From a virus, in IMG/VR virus record IMGVR_UViG_3300042387_001967: 64,000 nt of DNA, one strand, 5' to 3'. Numbering within the stretch: position 1 is the first letter of the stretch; every line of letters begins with the position of its first letter. Shown piece after piece: positions 16,484-26,288 of the stretch. Both the position numbers and the translations under genes were made by a program. Under the pieces are notes generated by a model. The model saw only the letters and a program-made list of their open reading frames with translations. It did no database searches and was not told where the DNA came from.

Positions 16484-18439
16484 TTATTGTCGTTTTTCCC
16501 ACGCGTCCAGGTCGACAGCCGACCTGACCACATCCCCGAACCACTGGTCGTTCGCTGCGTCAATCCCATGCTCTTTCGCGAGGTAGGCACGGACACGCTC
16601 CAGCGTGACGGGCTGTTCAGAGACCAGCTCTTCGATCCGCCCCGCCTTGCCGTCCTTGTGTATGGACACCATCTTGTGATTCGCATCCTCATCGGCGGAC
16701 AGCTGGAAGCTGTGCAGCTCGATGCGGTTGTCGTTGTAGCGGCTGCCTTTGCGCCCGTCGTGGCGCAGAGTCCAGACTACGCCTTCGTTGCGTGCAACCC
16801 AATCGATATCGTCGATCACAGCGTTCACCCTGTAACGCAGCGCTCGCTTGATCTGCCCGCAGAACTCGAACAGCCAGACCGTCGCATCACGGAGGAATTC
16901 GCGCTCCTGGTCCTCTATACTGTCACCGTCGCCTTCGGTGTAGGCTTCGAACAATTCCGCTGTCAGCGTTCTTGCGACGTCGTCGATGCGATCAGGTTCG
17001 GTCTTGATGGTCGCGCGCAGATAGACGCTGTTCTCATCCATAGCAGAACTCCACGAAGAAAACTTCGTGTCGCCCAGCACAATCACGTCTGGGTTGATCG
17101 TGATCGTGCGCGCGTCACTCATGTGCAGGGCCACCTCGATGTTGTCCGCAAGCTGATGCTGCGCCTTGCCCAACTGGTCGCTCAAATCCTCCTGCGCAAT
17201 CTCCTTCCCGTCGATCTTCACGACCGCCCCCAGCAGCAACGGAATGCTGTCATACCACGCGTAGCCGCGCATCTCGTCTCTCGTGCGGTAGGCGTTGATG
17301 CACGCGTCTGGGTCTACGGTCGCGTTGTGTTCGCCGATGAGATACTTCAAGAAGGTCCACGCGCGCGTCGCCGGGTCGATTAGCACGCGCGTATGCTCCC
17401 GGCCAGTGTAATCCGCGTCGCCGTATGCCGTTAGGTTGAAGCCGGCTTCCTCGATGACCAGCCCGAACCGTTCCTTGGCGCGACGGTAGAGCGCGTATGG
17501 AAGGTCGTGCGTATTCTTGGGGTCGACCGTCTGCCGCACGATCAGCCACTGGTATATCGTGCGCTCGATCTCCTCCAGCAGCGCATCGCGTCCACTGTTG
17601 TGTTTCACCGCATTGCGGGCCGGCAGCACCAACTGAAGCACGCGCGTGTGGAGCACGTCAACCTGCACCTCGACGTGACAGTGGCGCAGCTTGGGGATGA
17701 TCTCGCCGAGATCTGCACTGCCCCAGGTGATGGAGACGCCGCGAAAATTCAGCGTAACCCGCACGTGATCGTCATACCGGTAGGCGAGGAGATGCCGCGC
17801 CCCTATGCGCACACCAAGCTCCGGAACTTCCCGGACAGGCATCTGAGTGTCGTGCAGGAAGTCCTTGGGCTCGATCACAGTCGCCGGCCGGTCGTCGATC
17901 TGCACGCTGACCTCCTGGATCCCGCAGAACTGTGCGGCTTCCATCAGCGCTGCGCTCAGGTTGACTACCTTCTGCGACTCCCACGCGAACTCCACAGAGA
18001 AGCCATCCAGAGGCGAGATTTTCAACTGCTCGACGCCCACCTCGCCGCGGAACGCCGCCGGTGTGAATTCAGCCGTCCAGTCGCAGGAGTTCACCCAGAC
18101 GCTCGGGATGTTCGACAGGCAGAAGAAACCCATACCGGCCGGGTCTTCCTCGTGCTCGACTTCGTCGCTCCATCCTCGGCCCGCCAGGCGCAGCAACGGC
18201 GCGGGACTCTCCAGGCCCTTGCCGTTGTCCGCGCATACGACGCAGGCGGCGCATCCGTCCTCCCCCTCCGTCAGATGCACGGTGACACGGGTGGCCCCGG
18301 CGCGGCGGGCGTTCTGCAGCAGTTCGACCCATACGGTGGTCGGGGACGCGTCGAATACGCGGTCGACTTTCTGCAAGAACCTCGGATCGACAGAGGCCCA
18401 GTGAATATTCGGATTTGTTGTTTCAGTCATTTCAGTCAT
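16484..18439 (-). CDS. GHKL-family ATPase domain protein
   Basis: Bergerat motifs ELLQNARRAGAT (N box), DNGKG (G1), DPAGMGFFCL (G2). Confidence 0.75.
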   Translation of the reverse strand: MTEMTETTNPNIHWASVDPRFLQKVDRVFDASPTTVWVELLQNARRAGATRVTVHLTEGEDGCAACVVCADNGKGLESPAPLLRLAGRGWSDEVEHEEDPAGMGFFCLSNIPSVWVNSCDWTAEFTPAAFRGEVGVEQLKISPLDGFSVEFAWESQKVVNLSAALMEAAQFCGIQEVSVQIDDRPATVIEPKDFLHDTQMPVREVPELGVRIGARHLLAYRYDDHVRVTLNFRGVSITWGSADLGEIIPKLRHCHVEVQVDVLHTRVLQLVLPARNAVKHNSGRDALLEEIERTIYQWLIVRQTVDPKNTHDLPYALYRRAKERFGLVIEEAGFNLTAYGDADYTGREHTRVLIDPATRAWTFLKYLIGEHNATVDPDACINAYRTRDEMRGYAWYDSIPLLLGAVVKIDGKEIAQEDLSDQLGKAQHQLADNIEVALHMSDARTITINPDVIVLGDTKFSSWSSAMDENSVYLRATIKTEPDRIDDVARTLTAELFEAYTEGDGDSIEDQEREFLRDATVWLFEFCGQIKRALRYRVNAVIDDIDWVARNEGVVWTLRHDGRKGSRYNDNRIELHSFQLSADEDANHKMVSIHKDGKAGRIEELVSEQPVTLERVRAYLAKEHGIDAANDQWFGDVVRSAVDLDAWEKRQ

Positions 18440-18768
18440 TTGGTGAATTGGTTGAGTAGATGTTCCGCTTTGCGCCGCCATCGAATGGCGGCTTTGATAC
18501 AGGCAAGCATCGACGGGAAGTTGTCCGGGTTGAAGCGCTTCGTGATCTGGTTCCTGCAGCATCCGCGTCGTCCACGACCGCCGATGTAGGCCATCACCGC
18601 GACGCCGGCGAGTCGCTTCCCGTGCGCGCTGTTGACCACCAGCGCAACGCCCGGGGGCAGTTCGATGTCCACGACGGTCCTGCCGTCCCAGACTTTCGCA
18701 CGGCGGACTTTCTTCGTCGGAGATTGCTTCGGCTTAGGTCGGTTGCAGTTCGAGCTGTGCCGGGGCAT
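18436..18768 (-). CDS. hypothetical basic protein
   Basis: 110-aa ORF, ATGA overlap. Confidence 0.5.
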   Translation of the reverse strand: MPRHSSNCNRPKPKQSPTKKVRRAKVWDGRTVVDIELPPGVALVVNSAHGKRLAGVAVMAYIGGRGRRGCCRNQITKRFNPDNFPSMLACIKAAIRWRRKAEHLLNQFTK

Positions 18769-19051
18769 ATGCGTCGATTTCTTCTTCCTCCTCCAGCGTC
18801 TCCAGCGGCGCGAATCGTTCCTGCTTGAACGCCAGTTCCTCCCCGCCCTTGTGAGTCGGGTCGACGTCGTTCTTCAGCTCTTCGAGCAGCAGCGCGACGG
18901 TCGCAGAATCCGAGCCCCGAATCGTCTCGCGCCGCAGACACACCTCCCGGATGGTGTAGATGTCGCCCTTCTTGGGCAGCTGCCTGTAGACGCGGACGAA
19001 CAGCGGAGCGAAGTCGTCGTTGATGCAAACTACCTTGTCGCCTTTGTTCAT
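18734..19051 (-). CDS. hypothetical protein
   Basis: MNKGDKVVCIND...; A/C-rich leader. Confidence 0.7.
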   Translation of the reverse strand: MNKGDKVVCINDDFAPLFVRVYRQLPKKGDIYTIREVCLRRETIRGSDSATVALLLEELKNDVDPTHKGGEELAFKQERFAPLETLEEEEEIDAYAPAQLELQPT

Positions 19052-19079
19052 AGTGTTTTGATTGTTACCAGGCAAAGTT

Positions 19080-19436
19080 TCATAGTGCCTCCCTGCATCT
19101 GTGCAAGAACTCCCGGAATACCTTCTTCAGCTCGTCAGGCGGAACAAACTCAATAGCTCCGTCACTTTTTATCCTGGGGAACATTGCGTAGTCCGTGATG
19201 ACGTGCATTTCGAAATACTCGCCGTCGCACCGATCCATCTGCTCGAAGAATAAGTAGGAGACGCGATCCAGGACTACCAGAAACGCGTAGCAATCCCAAG
19301 GGGATCCAGTTCCTACAGCAGCATTCCACCCCACAATCACCACGGCGCCCGCATCCTTCATGTAGCGCAGTTGTGCCGGCACGGATGCCCGCCTCGGGAA
19401 ATTCTTCAAGAATATCAATTTTTCGCGTGTTCTCAT
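19080..19436 (-). CDS. hypothetical protein (lower GC)
   Basis: 118-aa ORF. Confidence 0.6.
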   Translation of the reverse strand: MRTREKLIFLKNFPRRASVPAQLRYMKDAGAVVIVGWNAAVGTGSPWDCYAFLVVLDRVSYLFFEQMDRCDGEYFEMHVITDYAMFPRIKSDGAIEFVPPDELKKVFREFLHRCREAL

Positions 19437-19470
19437 ATTGGTCGGGTTGTTTTCATCGCCTCACAGATCG

Positions 19471-19791
19471 TCACCAGGCAAAGTCCTCCGAGCGCACTTC
19501 CGTCAGCCTCCCCGGCATCAGCAGACTGCCTGGAGTCTGACCGGCCCGCCAGGCGCGCGGCACGGCGTAGCACATGCTGTCCGAGGATCCCGAGGAGCCG
19601 AGCCAGCGTGACGTCCAGTCGTCCGGCAGCAGGACCTCGTAATCGAACAGACTCGCGAACAGTCCCGTTTTGCGCCGCGCCAGGGCGGCCTCGTCAGCGA
19701 CGCAGGAGACGCGGAATAGGGTCACCGGCTCGGTGCGTCCGCTCAGGAAGTTGCGCACCGCGGTCTGTGCTATTTTTTGGCCGCGCTTCAT
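19471..19791 (-). CDS. hypothetical protein
   Basis: MKRGQKIA...; ATGA overlap. Confidence 0.55.
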   Translation of the reverse strand: MKRGQKIAQTAVRNFLSGRTEPVTLFRVSCVADEAALARRKTGLFASLFDYEVLLPDDWTSRWLGSSGSSDSMCYAVPRAWRAGQTPGSLLMPGRLTEVRSEDFAW

Positions 19792-19985
19792 TGTGCGCCT
19801 TCTCTCTTCCCAGCATTCGCAATCGGAGTCAGGGCGTCGATGATGTCCTGCGCCTCGTGCGCGTAGAGCGGCAGCCGCAGCGTCAGATCGTTCCCGTATC
19901 CGCCGAGGCTCGCACTGTCGTCGCGCTCGAGATGCACGACCAGCGTGCCGTGGTCCTCCTCTGCGTCGTCGATGCTTACCTGCAT
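19788..19985 (-). CDS. hypothetical protein
   Basis: 65 aa, AGGAG upstream. Confidence 0.6.
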   Translation of the reverse strand: MQVSIDDAEEDHGTLVVHLERDDSASLGGYGNDLTLRLPLYAHEAQDIIDALTPIANAGKREGAQ

Positions 19986-20057
19986 GGCTTGACTCCTTTC
20001 TTCGCCGCAAGGGGGCTTGCTACATCTTCGTAGGTTGTTTTCATGGGTGTATGCGGT

Positions 20058-20483
20058 TCACGCATCGGTCCGGCAGTTGAAGTCCAGGCTGATGGCGAGC
20101 GAAAGGCCGTCGCGTCTGCATACGGTGTCCGCTTTGTGTAGCGCGATCCGGTAGCCCACCTCTCCGCCGCAACAAGTCACGACGGTCAGCTCCCTGCCTT
20201 TAGCGGTCAGAGCGGTGTAGATGTAGAGGCCCTCCGGAGGCACGACACTTGCGAACTCCGGAGGCGGCAGCGAGCGCATGCGCTCCATCACCTGCTTCTC
20301 CATGTCACACACCTGGCTTACCAGCTTGTCGAATTTCTCCTGCAGGCGGTTCTGCTTCGTGTAGTCCACCTCAGATTCGTCGGCCCGTTGCTCGCGGTTG
20401 GTGTCCATCTCGTCCTCGTAGGCTTCCTCGGCCGCATCTCTGCGGACCTTCAGCGCGATCAGTTTTGTGTATGTGTAGCTCAT
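20058..20483 (-). CDS. hypothetical protein
   Basis: MSYTYTKL...; A-rich leader. Confidence 0.65.
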   Translation of the reverse strand: MSYTYTKLIALKVRRDAAEEAYEDEMDTNREQRADESEVDYTKQNRLQEKFDKLVSQVCDMEKQVMERMRSLPPPEFASVVPPEGLYIYTALTAKGRELTVVTCCGGEVGYRIALHKADTVCRRDGLSLAISLDFNCRTDA

Positions 20484-20705
20484 TGGTTTTTTATGTGGTG
20501 AATTCGTGCCTCTCAACTGTGAACTGTCCGACGTGTTTGCCGCGTTGGTATGCCTCAACCTTCCAGCCATCCATGCGGTTGCGCGCCCATACCATCCGCT
20601 CCACCTCCAGCCTCGCTACCTCTTGACGCCAGCCTTGTTGTGCGACAGGTCGATCTCGCCAGTCAGCACCGCCTCGCGGACAGTTCCGATGTTCGGCCGG
20701 CTATG

Positions 20706-21056
20706 TCACCGCGTCGACCGCCCGTTGTTGATTGCAATCTGCCGCACCCGTTCCCTGGTGATGCCGAGCTTCGCCCCGATGGACACCAGCGTGTCGCCCC
20801 GGTCGAACAATCGCAGCAGCTCCGAGTGGTTCATCACCTTCCTGATTTTGTAGTTCGGCGCCCCTTTCTTGAAGCCCCTCGGACGTATCGCAACGCCCAA
20901 CAGCCGCAGATAACGCAGCAGTGTCACACAGTTGATGCCCGCCTCCTTGCTGAGCGCCACCGAGGTCTCGCCCGCCTCGTAGCGCGGAGCGAAGCCGCGA
21001 ACAACAGCGAGGCGGCGCTGCACATGCTCTTCGCGGACGGATCGTTTCGCGCTCAT
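20706..21056 (-). CDS. tandem HTH DNA-binding protein
   Basis: GETSVALSKEAGINCVTLLRYL and GDTLVSIGAKLGITRERVRQI. Confidence 0.75.
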   Translation of the reverse strand: MSAKRSVREEHVQRRLAVVRGFAPRYEAGETSVALSKEAGINCVTLLRYLRLLGVAIRPRGFKKGAPNYKIRKVMNHSELLRLFDRGDTLVSIGAKLGITRERVRQIAINNGRSTR

Positions 21057-21367
21057 CCGTAATCCTTTCCGTCGATCACCGGGATGACGAAGTGGTCGGT
21101 GCCGTGCACCGCGCGCACGTAGGCCCTCGCCTCCCCCTCAGACTCGGCCAGCAGGACCGTGTCGTGGACGGACTGCTCGCATCCGCTGATTGTGCCGCGA
21201 CGGCGTGCGGGGTGCATGTGCCGGAACCGCTTCAGGTCCTTCGGGATGTTCCACTCGACGTGGCAGTTGAGGCAGCGCATGGCTGTTCCAGGGATCCGTT
21301 CGTGGCGGTAGACGCGACAACGCGGACATTCGATCGCCAACTTTGGGTCGGCGCAAATGTTATTCAT
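21053..21367 (-). CDS. hypothetical Zn-ribbon protein
   Basis: CPRC...CLNC. Confidence 0.6.
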   Translation of the reverse strand: MNNICADPKLAIECPRCRVYRHERIPGTAMRCLNCHVEWNIPKDLKRFRHMHPARRRGTISGCEQSVHDTVLLAESEGEARAYVRAVHGTDHFVIPVIDGKDYG

Positions 21368-21828
21368 TTTGGTTGGTTTTCTGTTTTGCAGTTGATTTCG
21401 ATCGAGCGCGGGTCGTCCGGTCGCCCGGCTGTCGTGCATGCCGCGCGCGCGCCACAGATGACGCACTCCACCTTCCAAGCGCCGATCTCCTTCGCCGGCC
21501 ACGGTAGCGGCGCCGTGCAGGCAGCGCCCACCTGGGCGTTGAGCGCCTTGATGTGAATACCGTCGGGGTAGTCCGGGTTGGGAGCGCACTTGGCTTTCTG
21601 TCCGGTGCCGAGAAAGCGCACCAGGAATTGGTCCGGGTGTCGGCGCGACGCGCCCATGTTCAGCAGCAGCGGCTCGCCCGTCGCCTCGCAGTAGGCCCAG
21701 TGGGTGAACTGCTGGTCGCCCAGGCCGAAGCTGCGATACTCGACGACCTCGTGCGTTCCGCCGCAGCGGGGGCACACATCCACCTTGATGCGCACGGTCG
21801 CCGGCCATTGTTTGTCAGTTTCCGTCAT
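21364..21828 (-). CDS. hypothetical Cys-rich protein
   Basis: CPRCGGTH...C; CVIC...C. Confidence 0.65.
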   Translation of the reverse strand: MTETDKQWPATVRIKVDVCPRCGGTHEVVEYRSFGLGDQQFTHWAYCEATGEPLLLNMGASRRHPDQFLVRFLGTGQKAKCAPNPDYPDGIHIKALNAQVGAACTAPLPWPAKEIGAWKVECVICGARAACTTAGRPDDPRSIEINCKTENQPK

Positions 21829-22364
21829 GCGTTGATGAGTGTGAATCCACCGGCGAGCCGGCAGCGGGTCAATCCGCGATGCTTCAGCATGTCCGTCGTG
21901 ACGCGGAACCTGGAGTCGTCCTCGTCCTGAAAGTAGGGCGTCAGGCAGTTCGTCATGTGATTCACCGACAGCACGAGCCGACCGCGAAAGATCGGCTGGA
22001 AGTATCGCACAGTGCGATCAGCAGTCTCCTCGCTGCCTACGAGCGCCCGCAAATCCCGGCAGAACTGCCGAGCAGCTTCGGGCATGGAGACGTCGATGCG
22101 CCAGCAATCCGCATACTCCGGGACGTCGTATTCGTCTGCCAGGTCCTCCCAGCCGGAGGCACAGGAGAACTCGCGCAACTCGGGGTTGAAGAATCGCAAC
22201 GCAGGGTTGTCGACGAGCGAATCGCGGAAATGCTCCCATCGCGATTCATCCAGCAGCCTGAAGGCCGTCACGATCGGCGGCTCGGGCACAGAGGCGGGCG
22301 TGAGCAGCAGCTCGGCGGAGAGCATCCACTGCTCCTCTCGCATGGTTTTTTCGGTGTCGGTCAT
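21825..22364 (-). CDS. hypothetical protein
   Basis: 179 aa, ATGA overlaps. Confidence 0.65.
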   Translation of the reverse strand: MTDTEKTMREEQWMLSAELLLTPASVPEPPIVTAFRLLDESRWEHFRDSLVDNPALRFFNPELREFSCASGWEDLADEYDVPEYADCWRIDVSMPEAARQFCRDLRALVGSEETADRTVRYFQPIFRGRLVLSVNHMTNCLTPYFQDEDDSRFRVTTDMLKHRGLTRCRLAGGFTLINA

Positions 22365-22573
22365 TTCTGAGTCTTATAGGTGTTGGCTTCCTTCTTCGGA
22401 CATCCCTCGTGCAGCATGGTCAGACAGCGCCGTGTGGATCTCCCCCTCTGCCCCAGGCACTCGACCACGTAGCTGCAGCGGCTGCAGGTGAGTCGCGTGC
22501 TGGGCTTCATGGCTCCATTGTCGTTCGGCAGGTCCACGCGTTCAATGCTGCAGTTGACCTGGGTGTCACTCAT
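22361..22573 (-). CDS. hypothetical Cys-rich protein
   Basis: MSDTQVNC...CSRC...C...C. Confidence 0.6.
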   Translation of the reverse strand: MSDTQVNCSIERVDLPNDNGAMKPSTRLTCSRCSYVVECLGQRGRSTRRCLTMLHEGCPKKEANTYKTQK

Positions 22574-22763
22574 CAGCGCCCCTCCTGTAGTGTGTCTCGA
22601 TGAGTCGGCTGGTGTCAGCGACCCTCTTGGCAAGCTGGCAGTCCGCATGCGTCGTGAACAGCGACGTGTAGAACGCCGCGGTGTTTCCGCAGACGTCCTT
22701 CCGCGCGCGCTCCTGGGCCGACGGCGTCAGCACGATGGGCTCGTGGCAGGTGGTGCAGTTCAT
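22566..22763 (-). CDS. hypothetical protein
   Basis: CTTC...HADC. Confidence 0.6.
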   Translation of the reverse strand: MNCTTCHEPIVLTPSAQERARKDVCGNTAAFYTSLFTTHADCQLAKRVADTSRLIETHYRRGADE

Positions 22764-23350
22764 TGTTCTCCCTCGACGGGCAGTTCTTCAGACTCGGCGA
22801 ACGCGGTGACGATGAGCCGAATGGCTTGCTCGGTTTCGGCGGGATGGCTGCGGCGGCGGTCGGCATCGAGCAGAAGATTGCACAGCGCGCCATACCGCAG
22901 GGTCTGCTTGCTGCCGGGCCGGGCAGCCGCTTCGTCTGCGCAGGCCGGGCACCCCTCGGCGCAGCCGTCGGGTCCGCTTTCGTGCTCCAGCTCTGACACG
23001 TAGTCTTCGTCTCCGCTGAGGTAAGCACGCAGGAGACGCGGGGGCGACTGCGGGTCGAGATAACGCGGTATCGTTTCGGCGACGTCCTCCGTGTCTTTCA
23101 CAGCGCCGATCAGCCTCACGCCGCCGCCGTTGAATTCCAACGCCCGTGTGTCCTGCCTGGCCTGGTCACTCAGTGAGGGATCCACGCGCAGTTCTCCTCC
23201 GTGTGTGAGCACCGCCTGCCGCAGCACCCGGGCGTAGAATTGCAGCGTCTCCGCCTGGTTCAGCGCGTCAGCGAGCGCGGTATCCAGGTCTTTTTTCAGT
23301 TGTGCGATTCGTTCAATGGTCATTTTGATTTGGGTCTGAGTTTCGGCCAC
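22760..23350 (-). CDS. hypothetical protein
   Basis: 196-aa ORF. Confidence 0.65.
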   Translation of the reverse strand: MAETQTQIKMTIERIAQLKKDLDTALADALNQAETLQFYARVLRQAVLTHGGELRVDPSLSDQARQDTRALEFNGGGVRLIGAVKDTEDVAETIPRYLDPQSPPRLLRAYLSGDEDYVSELEHESGPDGCAEGCPACADEAAARPGSKQTLRYGALCNLLLDADRRRSHPAETEQAIRLIVTAFAESEELPVEGEQ

Positions 23351-23580
23351 TCCTGCGTCAGCATAAGCTGCACGCCGGTGATGTCGCGCTCGGTAGGGAG
23401 CGGGAGCGCCTCGGGTTCATCGGTAGGGAGCGGGAGCGCCTCCGGTTCTGGAGCGGACGCAGGAGGAGCTACGATCTCCGGCGCGTCCGGTGCATCCGCC
23501 GGGAAGGTGGCGATCTGCCAGCTGAGCAATACCCAACAGGCGATGATGCCGGAGCATGCGTAAGATGTCTTGCGGTTCAT
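23320..23580 (-). CDS. small exported/membrane protein with Pro-rich repeat
   Basis: Hydrophobic N-terminus; PEALPLPT twice (30-nt duplication). Confidence 0.5.
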   Translation of the reverse strand: MNRKTSYACSGIIACWVLLSWQIATFPADAPDAPEIVAPPASAPEPEALPLPTDEPEALPLPTERDITGVQLMLTQEWPKLRPKSK

Positions 23581-23975
23581 CGAGCCTCCGGTGCTCGCGG
23601 TTCTTTGGGCACCGAGCCGAAGGCGAACCCGCGGGCGATCAACCTCAACAGCTCGCCTGGTGTGGTAGCATTCCCCACTTTGTCCAGAGTGCCGACCTGC
23701 GCAGCTTCCTCCAGCAGCATCGGGATAACGGTATCCAAGCGCCATTCCATCACCGGCGCCTCGTATCGCTCACCTTCCCAGTATCCGAAGTCCAGGATGT
23801 CACCACTCTGCGGCTCGCAGCCCCAGAACATGCAGAACTCCTCGATGTCGAATCGGTCAATGGTCTTCAGCTCGTCGGTGCCGTAGTAGTCGGACCTGAC
23901 GTTGTCGACGATCCCATCTTCAGGGCCTACGCGCAGCTCGCCGTTCGACGAGTAGATGATGATTTCTCTCATCAT
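23577..23975 (-). CDS. hypothetical protein
   Basis: MMREIIIY... Confidence 0.65.
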   Translation of the reverse strand: MMREIIIYSSNGELRVGPEDGIVDNVRSDYYGTDELKTIDRFDIEEFCMFWGCEPQSGDILDFGYWEGERYEAPVMEWRLDTVIPMLLEEAAQVGTLDKVGNATTPGELLRLIARGFAFGSVPKEPRAPEAR

Positions 23976-24421
23976 CCGCGCATGTTGAGGTCGTCGCACA
24001 GTGCTTCGACCGTGGAGAACCCCTGACTGAAGTCCACCGAGTAGTTGAACCCGTGATACGGGTAACGCTGCGACTGGTAGGCGAGATACCAGTCGCCATC
24101 TTCTCCATCCTTCACCGCCAGTGTCCAGTCGCCGGCGCTGCTGCAAGTCTCGACGGATTGGACCTCCGCAAACCCCAGCTCCTCGAAGAACTGGTAGTAG
24201 CTCCCCGCGCCGGCGCCGGGCACCGCGACACCCCGCCCGTCGCGCAGGAGGTCGTAGGCGCCCTCCTTGGTCTCGATCTTCTCTCCGCCGGGGCGCACGG
24301 TCCCGTTGTCATTCCACGGCGCCGTGTAGAGCGCCCCGAGGCCATGCGGCTGCTCCGCGATTCCGGTTGCTTGTTCTGCGATCATCCGCGCGAGGACTTC
24401 GCTGTGAGTTTTTGACATCAT
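23972..24421 (-). CDS. hypothetical protein
   Basis: 149-aa ORF, overlaps neighbours. Confidence 0.7.
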   Translation of the reverse strand: MMSKTHSEVLARMIAEQATGIAEQPHGLGALYTAPWNDNGTVRPGGEKIETKEGAYDLLRDGRGVAVPGAGAGSYYQFFEELGFAEVQSVETCSSAGDWTLAVKDGEDGDWYLAYQSQRYPYHGFNYSVDFSQGFSTVEALCDDLNMRG

Positions 24422-24945
24422 ATGGGTTTGGGTTGGTTCAATGCGTGTAGGAGTTCAGCTTCGGCATCCTCCGAGAGTGCGTTACGCCCGTCGGGCGTAA
24501 CGATTGCGATAAACCGCCCGTCCTTCCTCAGCGTGGCTCTGTATCGAGAGTAGGTCCAAGCATCGGATTCTGGGTCGTGCGTCAGTGCTTCGAGCGCCTG
24601 CTGGACAGTCGCCGCATTCGCGATCACGACTTCGGTGGTTTCAGTGGCGTGCATCGTGACGCCCTCCTCCTCCACCGCTCGCGCCCTCGCAAGGATGGCG
24701 CAGTATGCCTTGTAGGTTTTCCGCGCGCCCCGCACGCCTTCGTCGGCATCGGACTCGCAGTTCAGCATGCCTTCCTCGAACCCGTTGATCATGTCGCAGA
24801 CGAGCTGTTTCAGATCGGTCGCGCGCTCCTCCATAAGCCGGGCGTGTTCGCGCATCTCAGCGTAATGATCCCCGTGACTCCATGCTCGCTGGTTGGCGAG
24901 CCGAGTGTCGAGCCGGTCGGTCAGTGGCGAACGAGAGTTGCTCAT
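24418..24945 (-). CDS. hypothetical protein
   Basis: MSNSRSPL...; GGAGG upstream. Confidence 0.6.
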   Translation of the reverse strand: MSNSRSPLTDRLDTRLANQRAWSHGDHYAEMREHARLMEERATDLKQLVCDMINGFEEGMLNCESDADEGVRGARKTYKAYCAILARARAVEEEGVTMHATETTEVVIANAATVQQALEALTHDPESDAWTYSRYRATLRKDGRFIAIVTPDGRNALSEDAEAELLHALNQPKPI

Positions 24946-25460
24946 GGCGCCTCCTCCGCAGGAGGGAAGCGGAGGCCGCATGGATGACACCGCCGCGCGT
25001 CGTCGTCGTCTTCGCTTTCGCCTCCGCAGGAGGGGCAATTCCACTCGTCGCGATACGCCTCCTCCTCCAGCTTCGCTATCCGCGAAGCATTGCCAGCGAC
25101 GGCAGACTCCAGCGCCTTGATCTCGGCGATGTAGCACTCTTTCTGCTCCTCCAGCTTCTCAATGCGCTCCCGCTGTTCCCCGAGTGTCTGAAGGATATTG
25201 TCCGCGATCGACAGGCTGCTGTTGCCGTACCCCAGATCGTCCAGCCACAGCAGGATCTTCGAGAGCGTCGCTCGATAGCCAGCCTCGTATCCCTCCAGCT
25301 TCTCAATGCGCCGGTAGAGCGCGCCGATGATCTCGTAAAGGGATTCCTCGTAGAGCGTGGAGCCGGTGTAAATGTCGTTCACGATCTTCTCCAGCGTCGA
25401 TGGACGCAGTGAGTGTGAGTCGAGCCCGCAGTCCGCCGCGATCTCTTTGATGGTTTTCAC
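24942..25460 (-). CDS. coiled-coil protein with C-terminal Zn ribbon
   Basis: RIEKLE repeats; CPSC...CHPC. Confidence 0.65.
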   Translation of the reverse strand: MKTIKEIAADCGLDSHSLRPSTLEKIVNDIYTGSTLYEESLYEIIGALYRRIEKLEGYEAGYRATLSKILLWLDDLGYGNSSLSIADNILQTLGEQRERIEKLEEQKECYIAEIKALESAVAGNASRIAKLEEEAYRDEWNCPSCGGESEDDDDARRCHPCGLRFPPAEEAP

Positions 25461-25741
25461 TGAGCTTCCTCCGTGTGGTCGACTTCCTCATCTGTCTCCG
25501 CCACGAGCTTCAGCTCGCGCTCCAGCCACAGAGCACCCTCCGAGTCCACGAAGATGCGTTGACCGCAAGCGACCCGCGTCTCTTGCGCATCCCAATCCAC
25601 GTCGGTCGTGCCTTCGTAGTCGATGTCATACCGTCCGTCGACTTGCGGCGCTTCGATGCCGGCATTGACGATTTGCGCCACGCCCGAGATCCGCTCCTCG
25701 GTGCCGACGATGTCCTTCCCTGTTGGTGATTGTAGTTTCAT
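25457..25741 (-). CDS. hypothetical protein
   Basis: 94 aa, ATGA overlap. Confidence 0.7.
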   Translation of the reverse strand: MKLQSPTGKDIVGTEERISGVAQIVNAGIEAPQVDGRYDIDYEGTTDVDWDAQETRVACGQRIFVDSEGALWLERELKLVAETDEEVDHTEEAQ

Positions 25742-26058
25742 GGTTGTTCTTTTTTACGATAGTCCACGTAGGCCACCGGGTAGAGGAACCGGCTGGGGAC
25801 ATCCCCGAGCCGGAACCCTGCCTCCTCCACTTTGGAGAGAGGCCAGCTGTTGCTCGGCCCCATCGCCAGCACGCTGAGATGGCCGCAGTGTGAGCTGTCC
25901 ATCTGCAGACACTCGAACAGGACGAGGGCCTCCTTGTCCGGATACCTGGCTGACATCTCCATGATTGAGGCATGGGTTTCCGGGTCCATTCTTTCCAGGA
26001 GATCGAAGATGGTGATCTCCTTCACTTCACCGGAAACTGGGTTGATGAGTTTGTTCAT
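25738..26058 (-). CDS. hypothetical protein
   Basis: 106 aa, ATGA overlap. Confidence 0.7.
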   Translation of the reverse strand: MNKLINPVSGEVKEITIFDLLERMDPETHASIMEMSARYPDKEALVLFECLQMDSSHCGHLSVLAMGPSNSWPLSKVEEAGFRLGDVPSRFLYPVAYVDYRKKEQP

Positions 26059-26288
26059 TTTTTATTCTGTTGTTCTGCGTATTGCTCCAGTGCACTCGAT
26101 GTCGGACCAAACGACTCTCCGAGCAGGAAGCTGATGTGTCCGATGATGCACTTCAGGGACGGCTCGCAGCGAAGTGCTGCCGGTCCGTTCGCATACTCCT
26201 TCACAGCCGCGCCGAGCGCGATGAGAAGTCCAGCGACGTTCTGTGCGCCCGCATTGCAGTGGTCAGCCAGATCGGTGAGTTTGCTCAT
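26055..26288 (-). CDS. hypothetical protein
   Basis: MSKLTDLA... Confidence 0.6.
   Translation of the reverse strand: MSKLTDLADHCNAGAQNVAGLLIALGAAVKEYANGPAALRCEPSLKCIIGHISFLLGESFGPTSSALEQYAEQQNKK

Noticed and set aside
20613-20708. Stop-codon readthrough or recoding (30 open codons after the TGA of the HTH gene; 8 after the TAG of the beta gene)
   Set aside because: Short open stretches are expected at this GC content, and long conserved genes terminate normally at TAA, TAG and TGA.
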